Below, piece by piece: positions 19,427-28,645 of a stretch of DNA of 64,000 nt. The DNA lies in sequence record LR535910.1; one strand, 5' to 3'. Position 1 is the first letter of the stretch, and every line of letters starts with the position of its first letter. The notes beneath the pieces were generated by a model. It was not told the origin of the DNA. It saw only the letters and a program-made list of their open reading frames with translations, and did not search any database. Both the position numbers and the translations under genes were made by a program.

Positions 19427-20350
19427 ATGACTATACGGTTAAGCTGGCCATCTCAAGCCAGCAAAGGTCTTACCGCGATTGAAATCTATCGCAAGGAAGG
19501 CTGGAACGCAACAATCGACGTTTACAACCCAGGTACACCACACGCGACCTTATCAGGCAGTGCGGTAGAGTTCGTAGACGACATTGATACCCTGACGAAG
19601 AATACGACCTATCGTTATTGGGTGGCTGCTGTAAAAGACAACGAGCGTCTTATTGGCAGCCCGATTACGCAAGGGTTCTATCCAGACACCGGACCGGGTC
19701 CACAAACTATTTTGCGAGGCGATTGGGCTTCGGGTTATTTCGGTACAGTACCGAATACCGAGTTCTTTAATACCGCTGAGCTGAAGCTTATGTTGACCGC
19801 GCAACAGGGTAACATGCTGACCAACGATCCCCAGGAATGGCACAAGTTTATTTTCCATGGGCGAATAGTGTTCTTCCCAGCGACTATGCATTCGAGAAGT
19901 AACTCGGTACAAATGGCGTATCAGTACGGCATGATGTACGGTACCGACGATGACGGGAGCGTAGTCCCGCAGGGCGCGACAGCGACTAAACAAGACTGTA
20001 AGGTTACAAAAGACGGCCGCACGTACCGAATCCGTTTACCCTACGCAGTCCCGTACGACGCGGCTCTCTCGGGACAAGATTACAACAACGGCGAATGGCG
20101 GAACACGATGGGTCGTTTATACCCAATCAGCTCGCAATTCCCACCTATCGGTCTTGGTGCTATTGACTCGCTTACGATACAAGGTTCAACCTCCCAGCCG
20201 AGCGAAACGGGTGCCGCTGCGTTGGCACCGCTGTGGAGCAACAACATATTTGCTTATGCGTACGGTTATGCGCCGGCGGGAATTACTAACACTTCGGGTG
20301 TCGGGATCGCAGCCACGATGTTCTTTGCTTTTGAATTAGTCTTACCGTAA
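19427..20350 (+). CDS. Cassette 1 gene C: FnIII-like N-terminal domain plus shared domain
   Basis: IEIYRK...YRYWVAAVKD...DTGPGPQTILRGDWASGYFG; paralogous to 22865 and 26231. Confidence 0.75.
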   Translation: MTIRLSWPSQASKGLTAIEIYRKEGWNATIDVYNPGTPHATLSGSAVEFVDDIDTLTKNTTYRYWVAAVKDNERLIGSPITQGFYPDTGPGPQTILRGDWASGYFGTVPNTEFFNTAELKLMLTAQQGNMLTNDPQEWHKFIFHGRIVFFPATMHSRSNSVQMAYQYGMMYGTDDDGSVVPQGATATKQDCKVTKDGRTYRIRLPYAVPYDAALSGQDYNNGEWRNTMGRLYPISSQFPPIGLGAIDSLTIQGSTSQPSETGAAALAPLWSNNIFAYAYGYAPAGITNTSGVGIAATMFFAFELVLP

Positions 20351-20363
20351 CGGAGTAAAAGCC

Positions 20364-21860
20364 ATGGGGTTGTATACAGAACCTTCAATGGAACTGCTCT
20401 GCCAACAAATTGTGCGTGACAATCCCAGTTTAGCAGGAAAAATCACCGCCGACTCCATTGGGGTCAGGGGTGTTCCTGTTGCGAAAAACGTTAACGGACG
20501 AAACACACAGATTACGTTGGTAGGTAAACCCGGTAAAGGATTTGCTGGGGAAATAACGGTCTATTACGACCGGTTGAATCTGGCCAGTCTATTTAAGTCT
20601 GGCCCGAAGATGGCGAGTATTCCACGTAGCGCACAAACCCATGCGGAAGCGTTACCGGCGTTCAATGAATTGAACGGGTTGAACTTAACCGCGAGTGATA
20701 TCACCAGTCCAAACGTTGCATTAATGAAATACGCTACGCCGGAAACTGTAACTCTGACGGCGCACGCTAACTCCTTGTGTTATACCGGGTCATGCAAGAT
20801 GACCTATGTTTACGAACCGATTGCGATGTATCCGAAGTCGGGTCCTGGGCCAAAAGGATTAATGGCTGGTAATGAGTTATACGGATTCTTTGGGCTGGTA
20901 AGCGCGGAAGAGTTATTCACATCTGATGAAATGGTGTATGCCCTCTATAACGGCACCACCTGGCCTAACCGCTACGCTATCAAGTGGCTCAAATTCTTTC
21001 TGAATGGGGCGGTAGTGTTTGTTCCGACCCGTGCGATTTGCAACGTTACCTGGGCAGACCTGTACAACAAGGGTGCAATATTTGATTCCGGAGACGCAGG
21101 ACCTCGCCCGAAGTCGACTTACACACCTGTCGATGTTGAACAGTTGAAATACATGGTAAAACGGGATGATGAAGGAACGCATTATTTCAGAATGTCTATC
21201 CCGTATTACACCGAGAACGCCGCCGCGCCTGATTGGAGTAAACCGCCGTCAATCACCTCTATCCTGTCACTGACCAGCAAATTGGGGTCGGTGAACGTAT
21301 ATGGGGAGTGGGGAACTCTTAGCACGACTGATGCTAACTTCCTGGATTACGTGTGGTTACGACACCAGTTCGGTGCCGACCAAGCGTATTACCAGTCTAT
21401 CAGTGCGAGCTATCGTTCAAACACCTACATCTACACCTCTTCTGGCTTTTGGCCAATCCTGGAGATGTTTGATGTTGCCAATGAACCTGTGCCGTTGATT
21501 GACGAAGGTGCAGAATTAACATGGGCACCGTCCGTGGTTACTCTGACGGACATCGACCAAAATGAATCGCTTCGTGTGGTGCCTATTACGGAAACCTCCG
21601 CCGCAGCGAATCCACGTCCGTTAGTTTTCAACACCGACAACACCGAATCTGCCACCCCTGCCTGGCTGCGGGAAGCGTCATCAGACTCACCACGTCCTCT
21701 GCTTGCCGCGACGGACAATGATGAACGTGCATATTCCGTCGCGGTAACAGGCATGGCTAGCGTTAAGATTAGACCGATTATTCTCACGACTGACCAAATC
21801 GCCCAACCTTCAAAAATTACTCTGGGCGATACTAACGGTGAGTTGGATGGATTCCAATAA
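20364..21860 (+). CDS. Cassette 2 gene A
   Basis: MGLYTEPSMELLCQQIVRDNP; SGPGPKGLMAG...GFFG; ends DTNGELDGFQ. Confidence 0.75.
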   Translation: MGLYTEPSMELLCQQIVRDNPSLAGKITADSIGVRGVPVAKNVNGRNTQITLVGKPGKGFAGEITVYYDRLNLASLFKSGPKMASIPRSAQTHAEALPAFNELNGLNLTASDITSPNVALMKYATPETVTLTAHANSLCYTGSCKMTYVYEPIAMYPKSGPGPKGLMAGNELYGFFGLVSAEELFTSDEMVYALYNGTTWPNRYAIKWLKFFLNGAVVFVPTRAICNVTWADLYNKGAIFDSGDAGPRPKSTYTPVDVEQLKYMVKRDDEGTHYFRMSIPYYTENAAAPDWSKPPSITSILSLTSKLGSVNVYGEWGTLSTTDANFLDYVWLRHQFGADQAYYQSISASYRSNTYIYTSSGFWPILEMFDVANEPVPLIDEGAELTWAPSVVTLTDIDQNESLRVVPITETSAAANPRPLVFNTDNTESATPAWLREASSDSPRPLLAATDNDERAYSVAVTGMASVKIRPIILTTDQIAQPSKITLGDTNGELDGFQ

Positions 21861-21872
21861 GAGGTAACGACA

Positions 21873-22862
21873 ATGGCTTTTACAATTCGTTGGACGAACA
21901 ATAACCCTGGGGCTTCGACCGTGAAGCTGTACCGCGACACCAAACCTCTGGTGCGTACGGCATTACCTGAACCTCTGGCAACGTTCACTAACGGGGAAAC
22001 TGAGTATACTGACCGAACAGCGATACTGGGGACAACGTATTACTACATGACCACCGTGACAGTGGGAAGTCGGACACTGTTCAGTCCGCAGAAATCAATT
22101 CTAATTCAGAACCGTCGCGGTATCGGCATCGTGGCTCCACAGTACGGTGATGACCGCTTTGCGTATTACGGGTACGTGGCGTACGGTGAATTACCTAGCG
22201 CGGGTGATTATCCGCCAGGGTTTGTGGCCCTTTCTGGATACGACCCAACTGTTAAGCCGGGCTTGATGAAGTTCCAGCTAGACGGTAAAATTCTGTATCT
22301 GTTTAGTGGTCTTCGTGTGAACGGCAACACGCTGTATAGCCGTGATGCGATTTATAACGCGGGTTTGCTGTACGGTGTGGCGGGACCTGGTCCGGAAGGC
22401 GGTCATGGCGATTTACCTGACGTTGACCAGGCTGGGGAGTTTACGTGGTTGGGTGACCGCTATCGGATGCGCCTGCTGCGCGGTTTAACACTCGACAGTG
22501 AAAGCCCGGTCATGACACTCGATGCACAGTGGGACGGTAAACTCCATGACGCGTCACCGTATACTGCCGATAGCGAATACAACCGACTCATCTATGGGAT
22601 AAGTAGCTGGTTCCCAGAAAAGAAAAAAGTGATGTCCCTGATAAAGTGGTCGAACTCCAGCATATTCGGAAATGGATCGCTGGTGGCAGGCCGTGGGGCG
22701 CATTGTCAGGAGTTTGACCCAGAACGTAAGTTGGGGCTGACGCGCGGATGGGCGGCGGCGGATTCCACTGATACCGTGGATAACCTCCAGCGTATACAAC
22801 ATGTCCCTGGTGCGACCGTGGGCGGTATTTGGATTCCAGTAATCGAGCTTATCGAGGATTAA
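21873..22862 (+). CDS. Cassette 2 gene B
   Basis: MAFTIRWTN...KLYRD...NGETEYTD; YRMRLLRGLT; ends IPVIELIED. Confidence 0.75.
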   Translation: MAFTIRWTNNNPGASTVKLYRDTKPLVRTALPEPLATFTNGETEYTDRTAILGTTYYYMTTVTVGSRTLFSPQKSILIQNRRGIGIVAPQYGDDRFAYYGYVAYGELPSAGDYPPGFVALSGYDPTVKPGLMKFQLDGKILYLFSGLRVNGNTLYSRDAIYNAGLLYGVAGPGPEGGHGDLPDVDQAGEFTWLGDRYRMRLLRGLTLDSESPVMTLDAQWDGKLHDASPYTADSEYNRLIYGISSWFPEKKKVMSLIKWSNSSIFGNGSLVAGRGAHCQEFDPERKLGLTRGWAAADSTDTVDNLQRIQHVPGATVGGIWIPVIELIED

Positions 22863-22864
22863 TC

Positions 22865-23764
22865 ATGCCTATTACATTACACTTTGCACAACGGAAGCCA
22901 CAGGCGCTCGATAGCATCGAAATCTATCGCAAGACGCCGGGCAACGCCACCATTGATGTTAATGCACCGGGAACGCCTCTGGCAACCCTTCCGGGTGACG
23001 CTACATCGTACGAAGACAACGCTGTGGAAAACAACACCACTTACCGTTATTGGATAGCTGCGGTTAAAGACGGTGAGCGTGTCTTCAACACCCCTACCGC
23101 CCAAGGGTTCTTTTTAGACACCGGGCCTGGCCCCCAGAAACTGTTATACGGCGACTGGCACGCTGGATACTTTGGAACAGTAACGCCAGCAGAGTTATTC
23201 ACTAACACGGAACTGAACGGCCTCGTGGTGAATATGTTCAGTTCCGCCGTTGGTGCCTGGCATAAATTCATTTACAAAAACCGTATTCTGTTTATGTCCG
23301 ATAACTCGATAATAAACGCTAGCCCGCAGTTCATTTATAACCAGGGGATGATGTACGGCCAGGATGGCAATGGATATGTACCGGGCTGGGCTACTGCACG
23401 TAACCAACGGCGCACGGTGACGAAAAACGGTTACGAATACGTGGTGCGCTTGCCGTATTTGTTCGACTACAAATTCTGGACGTCTTACGTTGGAAGCGGT
23501 AACACTGAGTTGTATCTCGACGGTGAGTGGTTTAACACCTTCGCGCGCCTGTACAACTACAGTGGGCAGTTTCCGCGCTTTGACGACATTCCGGTCGGTC
23601 CAATCGATTCGGTTACTGCCCAACAATCTGCATTCTTTGCGGCTATGAATAACACGTCCAGTCAGTGGTACAACCTTCCACCTTACCCTGAGTCGCCGTC
23701 GTGGAGTAACTACGGTACCACTACAATACGCTCCATTGCGGTACTTGAACTCGTTCTGCCTTAA
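22865..23764 (+). CDS. Cassette 2 gene C (start reassigned to ATG 22865)
   Basis: GAGGA RBS; IEIYRK...YRYWIAAVKD...DTGPGPQKLLYGDWHAGYFG; ends VLELVLP. Confidence 0.75.
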   Translation: MPITLHFAQRKPQALDSIEIYRKTPGNATIDVNAPGTPLATLPGDATSYEDNAVENNTTYRYWIAAVKDGERVFNTPTAQGFFLDTGPGPQKLLYGDWHAGYFGTVTPAELFTNTELNGLVVNMFSSAVGAWHKFIYKNRILFMSDNSIINASPQFIYNQGMMYGQDGNGYVPGWATARNQRRTVTKNGYEYVVRLPYLFDYKFWTSYVGSGNTELYLDGEWFNTFARLYNYSGQFPRFDDIPVGPIDSVTAQQSAFFAAMNNTSSQWYNLPPYPESPSWSNYGTTTIRSIAVLELVLP

Positions 23765-23775
23765 CAGGAGACTTC

Positions 23776-25218
23776 ATGGGATTGTATAGCGCACCCGAAC
23801 TGGAATTACTCTGCCAACAAGTCGTAAGGGATAACCCTGAACTCGCAGGAAGAATCAGCGCTGATTCGATTGGGGTGAGGGGTATTCCTGCCGAGACCAC
23901 TAAGAATGGTCGTAACACGGTAATTACGTTGGTAGGAAAACCCGGTAAAGGTTTCTCTGGGGAGTGCACGGTTTATTACGACCGTTTAACATTATCAGAT
24001 CTATTTAAAATAGCTCCGCGCGTCTACGTACCACAAACGGCCAAGACCGTGCGGGATCTTCTCCCAGCTCTACGCGATTTATACGGTGTTTGGTTATCTG
24101 ATAGCAGTGTACAGTCGGTAGACGCGCCTATCAAATCGCTGGCAACGCCAACACGTATTAATTTAACCGCGTATAATAGCGTATGCTATCGCGGCTATAT
24201 CCCGGTCGATTATTTGAATGAAGCCGTGGGCTACTATCCAGATTCTGGGCCAGGCAATAAATATTTGTTGGCAGGGGACAGCACAAACGGATACTTCGGC
24301 CACGTTTCTCAGCAAGAGTTATTTACCTTTGCTGAACTAAACAACCTAATTCGTCCTGATGTTGCCCCAACGAAAATGACTTTCGAGTGGTTGAAATTTT
24401 TCAAGGACGGTAAGATTGTTTATCTACCGACTACCGGAACGTTAACAGCAACCTGGACGGCCCTTTATCAAGCGGGTGCCATTTTCGGTACAGGAGGCGC
24501 TGGTCCGTATCCAGACGGTATCGAACCTGTTGACCAGGCTTTGATTGTCACGAAAACTGAGAATAACAAGACGCATTATTACCGTGTCTCCGTTCCGGTT
24601 AGCCCTGATTTATCAAAGGCCACGCCGTTGTGGCTTATTTCACAACTCGGTGACGGTTCTACGGGTGGCGACTGGGCAAATGACACCACGTTAACCAGAA
24701 CCACCGTCTTCTTCACGCAACAACTGTTAACCGGGGGTAACCCTGTTAAAGTACAACGTTGCAATATGCGTGGTGGCTCAGTTGAATGGGTAACCCTTAC
24801 AGATACCACTTACTGGTGGCCTGTTTTAGAGGAAATCAATAAGGACGACATCGTCTTACCTTTAGCTGATGTGGAAGGGGATGTTGTGTGGCGCGTTAGG
24901 GTTATTCCTAATGTACCATCACCACAACCTGATAGCATTCGCCCTCTTGCAGTCGAGGTTGCGACAACAGATGCGCCGAGACCTCTAGCAACAACTGCGG
25001 AACAGGTGGAAGAACCTATCAGCCCGATTGTGGTGGGTGAACCAAACGTCGATACTGCGCTGCCGTTATCGACAGTGTCGAACAGCGTAGGTACAGTTAG
25101 GCCGATGGTTGTACTTGAACCACACGTCGACGCACCGCGTCCACTACCGCCTACTCAGGCAGAACCTCCACTTAAAACAGATTTAGCAACCGCGAACGGT
25201 GAGTTGAACGGCTTCTAA
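23776..25218 (+). CDS. Cassette 3 gene A
   Basis: MGLYSAPELELLCQQVVRDNP; SGPGNKYLLAG...GYFG; ends TANGELNGF. Confidence 0.75.
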   Translation: MGLYSAPELELLCQQVVRDNPELAGRISADSIGVRGIPAETTKNGRNTVITLVGKPGKGFSGECTVYYDRLTLSDLFKIAPRVYVPQTAKTVRDLLPALRDLYGVWLSDSSVQSVDAPIKSLATPTRINLTAYNSVCYRGYIPVDYLNEAVGYYPDSGPGNKYLLAGDSTNGYFGHVSQQELFTFAELNNLIRPDVAPTKMTFEWLKFFKDGKIVYLPTTGTLTATWTALYQAGAIFGTGGAGPYPDGIEPVDQALIVTKTENNKTHYYRVSVPVSPDLSKATPLWLISQLGDGSTGGDWANDTTLTRTTVFFTQQLLTGGNPVKVQRCNMRGGSVEWVTLTDTTYWWPVLEEINKDDIVLPLADVEGDVVWRVRVIPNVPSPQPDSIRPLAVEVATTDAPRPLATTAEQVEEPISPIVVGEPNVDTALPLSTVSNSVGTVRPMVVLEPHVDAPRPLPPTQAEPPLKTDLATANGELNGF

Positions 25219-25228
25219 GGAGTAACAG

Positions 25229-26227
25229 ATGGCTTTCACACTACGCTGGAAAAATGAAAATCCGGCAGGTTCAATTGTTAACATTTATCGGGGCACGGCT
25301 AAAATAAATACAGCCGCATTACCAGCCCCTATTGCAACTTTAAGTAATGGCGAAACGGAATGGACGGACGAAACCGTTATTCTTAACACCCGTTACTGGT
25401 ATCTTTTAACAGTAACTGTTAACGGTCGTACCGTAGGTAGTCCACAAAAATCCATTGTCATTAAAAACCGTCGTGGTGTGGGTGGCGTCGACCAGATTAA
25501 CTATTCCGATACTGACGACTTGGCGTTTCTGGGGCAGTTGCCGTTCGAAGAACAGATGACCTATGACGCGTTGCCTGCAGGCTTTCGTGCATTAACAGGG
25601 ATGTCGGGCACGGGCACGCTAATCATGAACAAGTTTTATCGTCATGGTAAAGTTTACTACATGATGAACAGCGGCGGACGATTTAACTCTACACTTTACT
25701 CGTGGAATGACATTTATAACGCGGGGCTTGTGTACGGTGTTGATGGATTTGGTCCTGATAACGGACGTGGTGATTTGGCTGGTGTTGACCAGAGTGGGTT
25801 GTTTGAATGGCAAGGCGACACCTATCGGATGCGATTGCTGCGCGGTTTAACCGACGGGGACGAACCGACAGTAATGACGTTGGATGAATCGTTGCGAAAC
25901 GCAGACCATGATGACTTGGAATATGGTCGCTGCGAATATAACGATTTTGTTTATCCGTTCGGAGATTGTATCCCTAACAAACAAATGCTCCCTAACTGGA
26001 CTAATATCAGTCCAGCGTCCATTTATGGGAGCGGTAGCGCTTACCAAGGCAAAGGTTTCTTGTGCCAAGAACGTGATCCTGAATCGGGATTAGTTCTGGT
26101 TCGTGGGTCTGCGCCTACCGATTCAAGTATAACCAATACGTCGAAACGTAACCTCTCCCAAGTTACGTTAATTGACAGTGCTGAGAAGGTCGGTTTGTAC
26201 GCATTCGTTATCGAGTTAGTGGAGTAA
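25229..26227 (+). CDS. Cassette 3 gene B
   Basis: MAFTLRWKN...NIYRG...NGETEWTD; YRMRLLRGLT; ends FVIELVE. Confidence 0.75.
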   Translation: MAFTLRWKNENPAGSIVNIYRGTAKINTAALPAPIATLSNGETEWTDETVILNTRYWYLLTVTVNGRTVGSPQKSIVIKNRRGVGGVDQINYSDTDDLAFLGQLPFEEQMTYDALPAGFRALTGMSGTGTLIMNKFYRHGKVYYMMNSGGRFNSTLYSWNDIYNAGLVYGVDGFGPDNGRGDLAGVDQSGLFEWQGDTYRMRLLRGLTDGDEPTVMTLDESLRNADHDDLEYGRCEYNDFVYPFGDCIPNKQMLPNWTNISPASIYGSGSAYQGKGFLCQERDPESGLVLVRGSAPTDSSITNTSKRNLSQVTLIDSAEKVGLYAFVIELVE

Positions 26228-26230
26228 AAC

Positions 26231-27133
26231 ATGTCGATTATCTTAAACTGGAAACAACAGCCAGGCCAGACTTTAGATTCCATTGAAATCTATCGTTACG
26301 ACAACCCTAGACAAAGTGTTAACCCAGTAGCACCGGGGGAACCTATTGTAACACTACCAGGTAACACAACGACGTACGAGGACAAGACCACCGAAGCGTA
26401 TAAAACGTATCAATATCGCATCGTGGCGGTAAAGGGCACTGAAAAGGTTATGGGGCTGCCGATTGTACAGGGCGACTTTCCAATGACAGGACCCGGCCCA
26501 CAGGAACTTATTCGTGGCGACTGGCATCGTGGCTACTTTGGCACACTGACAAACGAAGAATTTATTCTTAACCATGCCGAGCTGAATGGTTTAATTGGCT
26601 TTAATGCCTGGAACCAAGCTCCAACATTGTTCCATAAATTCGTTTTCAAAGGACGCATTCTGTTCATTCCTGACACGGTGACCCGTTTAGGGACGACGTG
26701 GAACGAACAATACCAGCAAGGTCTGGCCTGGGGAACAGATGACTACGGTTTCCCGCCACGGAGCGTCTCTACCACTAACCAGCGTCGGACATTTAATAAA
26801 GACGGTTACGAGTATGTGGTACGTTTGCCTCGACTCGGAGACTACAGTTATGGGCACAGCACCTACCTAAGCAGCGGTGGTTATTTTCAAGACGGCGAGT
26901 GGCACAACACGTTCGCAAGCTTGTTCCGCTACGCGGGCGTCGTAAGACGTTTTGGCGACTTACCGACGCGCTCCGGCGGTAGTCCAACCGATTCAAGCGC
27001 AACATTGTTTGCCAACGGTTATGACAACGCCACCCCCTGGTACTATCGCAGCAACTCACCAGACTCACCATCGTACACCTCTTCGACCAATAGCGCGTCG
27101 GTAGTCCACGTTATCGAACTGGTTCTTAGCTAA
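26231..27133 (+). CDS. Cassette 3 gene C
   Basis: IEIYRY...YQYRIVAVKG...TGPGPQELIRGDWHRGYFG; ends VIELVLS. Confidence 0.75.
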   Translation: MSIILNWKQQPGQTLDSIEIYRYDNPRQSVNPVAPGEPIVTLPGNTTTYEDKTTEAYKTYQYRIVAVKGTEKVMGLPIVQGDFPMTGPGPQELIRGDWHRGYFGTLTNEEFILNHAELNGLIGFNAWNQAPTLFHKFVFKGRILFIPDTVTRLGTTWNEQYQQGLAWGTDDYGFPPRSVSTTNQRRTFNKDGYEYVVRLPRLGDYSYGHSTYLSSGGYFQDGEWHNTFASLFRYAGVVRRFGDLPTRSGGSPTDSSATLFANGYDNATPWYYRSNSPDSPSYTSSTNSASVVHVIELVLS

Positions 27134-27144
27134 CAGGAGCTAAT

Positions 27145-27267
27145 ATGGGGTTTTACTCATCCACTGCACTTGAGCTGTTGTGTCGGCTCATTCAGCGGGA
27201 TAATCCCCAACACGCAGGTCGAATCAGCTGGAGTTAAAGGGATAGCGTACTTCACCATAACAGCTAA
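27145..27267 (+). pseudogene. Internally deleted relic of an anchor-family gene
   Basis: AGGAG RBS; MGFYSSTALELLCRLIQRDNPQHAGRIS matches the starts of the 20364 and 23776 genes; in shifted frames GVKGIAYF and HNS-stop match the end of 16120-16947 (GVKGVAYYHYNS-stop). Confidence 0.75.
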
Positions 27268-27300
27268 AAATAGGCCCCGAAGGGCCTATTTTCTTTTTTT
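27267..27300 (+). terminator. Rho-independent terminator
   Basis: AAAATAGGCCC-CGAA-GGGCCTATTTT followed by CTTTTTTT. Confidence 0.85.
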
Positions 27301-27311
27301 AGGACGTTGCA

Positions 27312-28631
27312 ATGATCAACTATAACAAACCTGTCATGCAGCTGGTTTGGGATCAGATTAATCGTGATAACCCGCAGCTCAAGAAACCACTCAACGCAAC
27401 CAACGTGGCGTTATTACAAGGTCCTTTAACCAATGCCTTGCGCGATGGCCGCAACAGCCGTATAGTGGTAAACGGATTACAGGGTGGTGGTTACAGCGGT
27501 AAGATGGACATCTACTACGACCGCTTAAACCTTTCGCAGTATTTTAAAGGCGTCAGCGTACCGGTTAAAGTACCTTATCGGGCGACGTCCTACCGCGACA
27601 TCATCGACCGGATTTCCGCAGCTTGTGGGTTGGTGCTTACTGCTGACGATTTAACGTATCCCGACAGCCAGTTTGCAATGATCACTGTGGCAACGGGCGA
27701 TCGGACGGTGGCGATTAAATCGGATAACCCCGCATTCACGGGTCACATTCCTATTAGCTTTATTCGTGAAGAGCCCAGCTTTGCCGACTTGTACCACACC
27801 ACCGAAACCGGAGCTTGGGAACCCATGGATGTTTACAGCACGGTCTATCGACTCGACTGGAGCATGTACACCCAACAGATAATCAATATCCCGATGGGTA
27901 CCCCGCTGCGACTAAACAGTAACTCGTACATGACCCAGTTCATCGCGGCGCTGTCGGCATGGTCGGGCATCCCGTTCACTATCGGTAATGCTGCTACTGA
28001 TAACCCGTATGACCTCTATGGGTATGTCGCTACACGCAATAACAACCCAGGCTTAGACCCTGATATGCGTGGGGAGTACAATTACTGCGTGAAGTTGACG
28101 CCACCTGAGGATATGGGTAATCTCCGTCGTCCGTTCTTCTTGCACTTTGGTCCGAAAAATAACGTGGCCTATTTGGCGCAGGAAAAGGACGTCGAACGTT
28201 ATGCGCGTTACATGAGGTTCCGGGAAACCAGCTCAAATTCGATGAGCGTCACGTTGTATCAAAACGAGTACGTGTTGACTCGGGCGGAAGCGCCTGAAAC
28301 AATGGATGATTTAACGGGTTCCCCGTATGGCACTCGATACTGTACCGGGAGTATTCGACGGCTGATGCAACACGCGTTTCCGACCGAAGAGATGTTCCAA
28401 GAAAGTATTGCTAACCGGCGTCGGGTACTGTACCACACTGCTTACACCACCACGTCATCGGCTATTACTTACCAGGGACTATACCGTAACGGATACCAAT
28501 CCAAACAAATGACGAGCCTCTACTCGAATTACTGTAACTATTTCATCTATTACGACCCAAGCAAAGGCGGCTATATGGTCTACAGTCCATATAGCAAAAC
28601 CGCCCCGGTCCCTTGGTATCCACCGCTATAG
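27312..28631 (+). CDS. Virion structural protein: anchor domain plus unrelated Tyr-rich C-terminal region
   Basis: DQINRDNP...RNSRI...GYSGKMDIYYDRLNL N-terminus; unique C-terminal half. Confidence 0.7.
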   Translation: MINYNKPVMQLVWDQINRDNPQLKKPLNATNVALLQGPLTNALRDGRNSRIVVNGLQGGGYSGKMDIYYDRLNLSQYFKGVSVPVKVPYRATSYRDIIDRISAACGLVLTADDLTYPDSQFAMITVATGDRTVAIKSDNPAFTGHIPISFIREEPSFADLYHTTETGAWEPMDVYSTVYRLDWSMYTQQIINIPMGTPLRLNSNSYMTQFIAALSAWSGIPFTIGNAATDNPYDLYGYVATRNNNPGLDPDMRGEYNYCVKLTPPEDMGNLRRPFFLHFGPKNNVAYLAQEKDVERYARYMRFRETSSNSMSVTLYQNEYVLTRAEAPETMDDLTGSPYGTRYCTGSIRRLMQHAFPTEEMFQESIANRRRVLYHTAYTTTSSAITYQGLYRNGYQSKQMTSLYSNYCNYFIYYDPSKGGYMVYSPYSKTAPVPWYPPL

Positions 28632-28645
28632 ACTAAGGTGTCACC

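Noticed and set aside
16995-27133. Diversity-generating retroelement acting on the cassette domains
   Set aside because: No reverse transcriptase and no near-identical template/variable repeat pair differing at adenines was seen in this window.
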